Assembly (NCBI GenBank): GCA_964016885.1 | Contig: OZ024765.1 | Location: 14,508,001-14,572,000 of the forward strand | DNA from: Eledone cirrhosa | Taxonomy: Eukaryota | Length of the DNA: 64,000 nt | Direction of reading: 5' to 3' | Shown here: one piece after another, positions 57,867 to 64,000 of the stretch | How positions within the stretch are numbered: position 1 is the first letter of the stretch | How the letters are laid out: every line of letters starts with the position of its first letter | The notes under the pieces: generated by a model | What the model was told of the DNA's origin: nothing | What the model saw: the letters and a program-made list of their open reading frames with translations, nothing else | Database searches by the model: none | Made by a program: the position numbers and the translations under genes

Positions 57867-58046
57867 GCGTGTATATATATATATAAATATATACATATAT
57901 ATATAGATACACACATACATACACATGTGTATATACTCATATATATATATGTATAAATATATATATATATATTTATATATATATGGATATATACATATAT
58001 ATATATATGTTTATATATATATATGTATATATATATATGTATTTAA

Positions 58047-58079
<33 letters not shown>

Positions 58080-58093
58080 CATATATATATGGT

Positions 58094-58128
<35 letters not shown>

Positions 58129-58177
58129 GACTGTGTGTGTATCTATCTATATGTATATGCCTGTATATTTATATATA

Positions 58178-58241
<64 letters not shown>

Positions 58242-59375
58242 CATACATACATACATACATACATACATACACTTTTTCGCACATTTAATTAATTCAGAGA
58301 TAACCACTTTGAGGACACCGTTTCTCCTAGTAACACTAAACCAAAAGTATTACAGCGATGGCTATTACTTTAATTATCCTGTTCGTTAGAGAAATAAAAC
58401 TACTTCATTATCCTCTAATGCTCAAATAACCTAGTTAATTCGATGTAGTTTAAAAGATGCCTTGCAGCCATCTTGAAAAACAACGTACATATACAACAAT
58501 ATGAACGTGAAAAACGCGTAGAAATTAAATCGTCGCTAAATTCCGCCATTTTGTTTGACTGATTCTCTTAACAATAATCCATTGTTATTTAGTACAAAGA
58601 AAGAAACAGATTATTTATTAAGTCTACATGTTGTTGTGGTGGTGGTGATGGTGATGTTGTTGTTGTTAGTAGTGGTGGTGTTTGTAGTGTTGTTGCTATT
58701 GTTGTTAGTAGTGTTGGCGATGTTATTGTTGTCGTTCTGGTGGTGGTGGTGGTCTTGGTGTTGTTGTTAGTAGTGTTGGTTTCGTTGTTGTTGTTGTTGC
58801 TGGTATTGTTGTAGTAGTGTTTGTATTGTTGTTGCTGTGGTAGAGGTGTTGGTGTTGTTGTTGCTGTTGGTATTGTTGTTGTTGTTGTTGTTGTTAGTAG
58901 TAGTGTTGGTGTTGTTGTTATTAGTAGTAGTGGTCGTGGTGGTGGAGTTGTGGTTGTTGTTGGAGTAGTTTTTAATGTCACTATCTACCTATGAATCGCC
59001 ATGTCTATCTATCTAACCATTCTTCCATCTATCTATTTATCTATCTATCTATCTATCTCTCTATCTATCTATCTATCTAACGATTCTTCCATCTATCTAT
59101 CTAACTATCAATCTATCTATCTATATATCTATCTGTCTATCTATCTACTAATATGTCTATATCGCTCAGTCTGTCTATCACTATATATCTACACTACACA
59201 ATCCTAAACGGCTATAATTCACCACGATCATATGTCCGTACCAAGAACGCCTACCTCTTCGTTAGCTACCATCCAAAACCATCACGTGACTACACCACTG
59301 TAACTTCATCATCAAATAGTTAGTCCTTATGTTAACTAGTTAAAATCAACAACAACCAGGAAATGGTGGTCAAAA

Positions 59376-59421
<46 letters not shown>

Positions 59422-59445
59422 GAAAGAGACACCTGTATACATATG

Positions 59446-59478
<33 letters not shown>

Positions 59479-59480
59479 GT

Positions 59481-59524
<44 letters not shown>

Positions 59525-59652
59525 GTATATATATATATATATATACACACATGTATATATATATATATATATACACACATATATATATGTATATATATAT
59601 ATACACACATGTATATATATATATATAAATATACATATATATATGTACACAC

Positions 59653-59690
<38 letters not shown>

Positions 59691-59769
59691 TAAAATAACA
59701 GATTAAAGTTTAAGCAAAGAATCGCTGCTTCGCCCTCAACCGGATCTTCTATATATATATATGTATATA

Positions 59770-59975
<206 letters not shown>

Positions 59976-59990
59976 ATATATATATAATAT

Positions 59991-60101
<111 letters not shown>

Positions 60102-60113
60102 ATATGTATATAT

Positions 60114-60154
<41 letters not shown>

Positions 60155-60329
60155 TATGTATACGTGAGTGTGTATGTTTATGTGTTTGTATGTGTGTGTA
60201 TGCATATGTATATATCTATAAACGTATGACTGTATGTAGATATACATATATATATATATATGTTTGTGCGTGTGTTTGTATTGATGTCTACGTAAATGTG
60301 TGTGTGTGTATACATGTGTGTTTCAATTC

Positions 60330-60373
<44 letters not shown>

Positions 60374-60520
60374 ATACATATATGCATACGCACGTACATA
60401 CATATCATCATCATCATCATCATTATTATGATCAATATCAACAACAACGACAAACGTCATACAAACACGTTCTTTTGAGGATTTTAAACGGATTGGCTGT
60501 ATATATATAGATACATATAC

Positions 60521-60723
<203 letters not shown>

Positions 60724-60848
60724 TATGTGTCTGTATGTGTATGTATTTATATATATATATATACAAACATATATTGTATATGTATATATATATATAGATG
60801 TATATATATTTTTGTATGTGTATATATATACATTAAATATATATATGC

Positions 60849-60983
<135 letters not shown>

Positions 60984-61563
60984 GTATATATATATTCATG
61001 GGTATGTATGTAAGAACATATCTTTATATAAATCAACATACATACACGCAACGAACGCAAACACCCACAAACACACACACAAACACACACACCCAAAACA
61101 CACACACACGCCGACACACACGGCTTTGATGAATAAACTTCGTTTTGAAATCATGAATAAGTCTTACACGTTTATATCAATAATTAGTCCCCTATAGAAA
61201 AGGCGCCATCTTGTAAAGACCGTTTCCCAACTTCGTTTTCCTCACCCCACACCTCTATCTCATACCTCCACCCTTCTTACTCCGTATATCTTTCTTCCTC
61301 CCTTCATATCTCTTCTTATCACTTTCTTTCTCCCTTCATATCTCTTCCTTCCTCCCTTCTTATCTCTTTCTTTCTCCCTTCTTATTCCTTCTTAACTCTT
61401 TCTTTCTCCCTTCTTATCTCTTTCTTTCTCCCTTCATATTCCTTCTTATCTCTTTCTTCCTTTCCTGCTACCTCTCTCCCTCCCCCTTCATTCTTTCTGT
61501 ATTTTCGCTCTTTCTCTAATTCTCATCCGACCTTCTTTCGATTTAAGTATCTCTCTCTTTCCC

Positions 61564-61650
<87 letters not shown>

Positions 61651-61911
61651 CCTGTTTCCTCTATCTGTTTTCATTCCATATCTATCTATCTATCTCATCG
61701 CCGACGTATCTATCCATCCATCCTTCATTTATCTATCTATGTACTTACATACATACTAAGCTACCTGTCAATCTATCTATCTCTCTCTCTCTATATATAT
61801 ATATATATAATTCAACGAGAATCGCATTTCGGCGGGTAGAAACACCGAAACGAAACACAAAAGTCAGAAATAATGCTGGCAATCGCTCCATAGTTAAAAA
61901 AACCAGAGCTA

Positions 61912-61955
<44 letters not shown>

Positions 61956-61957
<2 letters not shown>

Positions 61958-62537
61958 CGTTTCTGAATTTGTTTAACAAGATTCTTTATCTGAAATTGTG
62001 TGTTGAAACCGATATTGTTATACTTTGGGAGGGTCATGTTGCCAATAAGACAAATCACAGAGGCAATAAACATAAAAGAATTACAACCAAATTTAAATAG
62101 AAAATATGAGTGGAACAGCAACATCACAACTTACAATTAAGGACAAAATGAAAACACACACACACACACACACACATAGAACAAACAACCAACCGGTAAC
62201 ATGTAAATAAACAAATAAATAAACAAATATAAACACACACAGACACCCGGATGTGGCGCATGCGCAGACTGAGCACACAACACACACACACACAGAAACA
62301 AAATGGCGTAGGACAGAACAAAGGAGAGGCACAAAAACAAAGAAAAGAATCACTGAAGAGGTCACAGAATGTGTGACGAAAGAACTTTGACAATATATAA
62401 ACAACTATCTGGTTGTGGAACCAACCAACCAACCAGAAATTTATAAATTCCTAAATTTATAAATTTATTATAATAAATTGAAGTGAAAGCAACTGGTGCT
62501 TGTGTTTCTTATTGGCAACATGACCCTCCCAAAGTAT

Positions 62538-62545
<8 letters not shown>
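61956..62545 (+). mobile_element. H2 element with an inverted copy of its 3' end at the 5' side
   Basis: Perfect 39-bp inverted repeats at 62012-62050/62507-62545. (TA)n lies on both sides. Confidence 0.85.
62350..62390 (+). ncRNA. Minimal type-I hammerhead motif (H2)
   Basis: TCA-CTGAAGA-G-GTCACA-GAATG-TGTGAC-GAAAG-AA-CTT-TGA, with a 6-bp stem II and a 3-bp stem I. Confidence 0.75.
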
Positions 62546-62579
<34 letters not shown>

Positions 62580-62616
62580 ATCTATCTACCTACCTACCAG
62601 CCTACCTATCTATCAA

Positions 62617-63093
62617 AAACGAAAGAGAGGCGGTTTTCCTCTGTACGGTGGCTATGGTGAAAGAGATTGTATGGTGGACGAGATTGAGAGGACTGAGGAC
62701 AGATGCCTTTCTCTCCGGACAACAACTCATTCCCTTCTTTTTTAGGTACCACTTTAGAAGGAGAAACAGAGTGGAGAGAGAGAGAGAGGCACTGCGCCCC
62801 AGTAAATTTACTGAAAGGTGGGTGAATGTAGCAAAAGTTGCCCGAGTGATTGGGCCTTCTCTGTATATAAACTTGTAGGTTAAAGATGAGAACAAAAGGA
62901 AGAAAGGAGCACTTGCACAACACGCTCATGGAGTTGATGGTTGTTCTATCGACGGGGCATTAAACAACCCATTCGTTGCGCCTCCCCCCTATTGGGGATT
63001 TCGATTGATGAATTTGTTTGTTTCAATATTTTTACACGATTGTCTTTGTATTGACCCCTTTTCTTGTGCGCCCTTGTGGCAAATAAAGAAAGA
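62617..63093 (+). mobile_element. 5'-truncated L1/Tx1-type LINE
   Basis: Encodes AVFLCTVAMVKEIVWWTRLRGL...RVERE..FTERWVNVAKVARV, then a 3'UTR ending AAATAAAGAAAGA. Candidate TSD TATCTATCAA at 62607-62616 and 63094-63103. Confidence 0.78.
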
Positions 63094-63357
63094 TATCTAT
63101 CAACCTACCTAGCTACTAACCTACTTGCCAGCCTCCCTACCTATCTATAGAGCTCGAATCTAAATACATTTATCTTTTACGCTTGAGTGATAATGATGGT
63201 GACGGGATTGCTATTGGCAACAATGACGATTGAGATGCCTCTTATACACTTGATGATGATGATAATGAGGAGGAAGGGGAGGAAGTAGGGGAGGGTGGGA
63301 AGGGGATGGCTTAGTAGCGGTTGCTCTGTTGATGGTGAAAGTGTTAATCTATTAAAT

Positions 63358-63359
<2 letters not shown>

Positions 63360-63391
<32 letters not shown>

Positions 63392-63554
63392 TGTATGTAT
63401 GTATGTATGTATGTATGTATGTGTGTATGTATGTAAATATATGTATGTATATATGTAAATATATGTATGTAAGTATGTATGTATGTAAGTATGTATGTAT
63501 GTATGTATGTATGTATGTGTGTATGTATGTAAATATATGTATATATGTATGTAA

Positions 63555-63586
<32 letters not shown>

Positions 63587-63770
63587 GTGTATGTATGTAT
63601 GTAAATATAAATATATATGTGAATGTATGTATAAAAATATGTATGTATGTGTGTATGCATGCATGTATGTATGTGTTTATGTATGTGTGTATGAATAGAT
63701 GTATATATGTATGTATGTTTGTATCTATGTGTGTGTGTATGTATAATGTGTTTATGTATGTATATGAGCA
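63360..63770. repeat. (TATG)n microsatellite
   Basis: Direct reading. Confidence 0.95.
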
Positions 63771-63839
63771 TCTATATAATATAGATCGATATGAGTATCT
63801 AATACACAGAGACAAATATATATATATAAACAGACACAC

Positions 63840-63912
<73 letters not shown>

Positions 63913-64000
63913 ACTTATATATAGTGTATGTTAGTGATCTGAATCGGTGAATGTAAAGGAAACATTGTCGCTTTCTTAAATATGTATATATAAATACATT

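Overview
AT-rich eukaryotic non-coding DNA, most likely an octopus or other coleoid cephalopod genome. This is inferred from the extreme (TA)n/(CA)n/(GGT)n content and the recognisable SINE families. I found no credible host protein-coding exon. Almost every ORF in the track is a microsatellite translation artefact, and the only real protein remnants are C-terminal fragments of RTE and L1/Tx1-type LINEs. The complex-sequence islands are tRNA-derived SINEs (several turned into tandem arrays or fold-back palindromes), MITEs (hAT with an 8-bp TSD, Tc1/mariner-like) and a set of short non-coding elements whose ends abut microsatellites. The main signal is that many of these short elements carry minimal type-I hammerhead ribozyme motifs (stem I - CUGANGA - stem II - GAAA - palindromic mini stem III - NUH - stem I'). 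I count about 12 intact or decayed motifs in about 7 sequence-unrelated families. They include one with a ~115-nt stem II inside a 198-bp-arm palindrome, and one inside a 444-bp partial tandem that also has an octamer motif. This architecture matches Penelope-like element pseudo-LTRs and non-LTR retrozymes. All folds were read by eye and none was tested.
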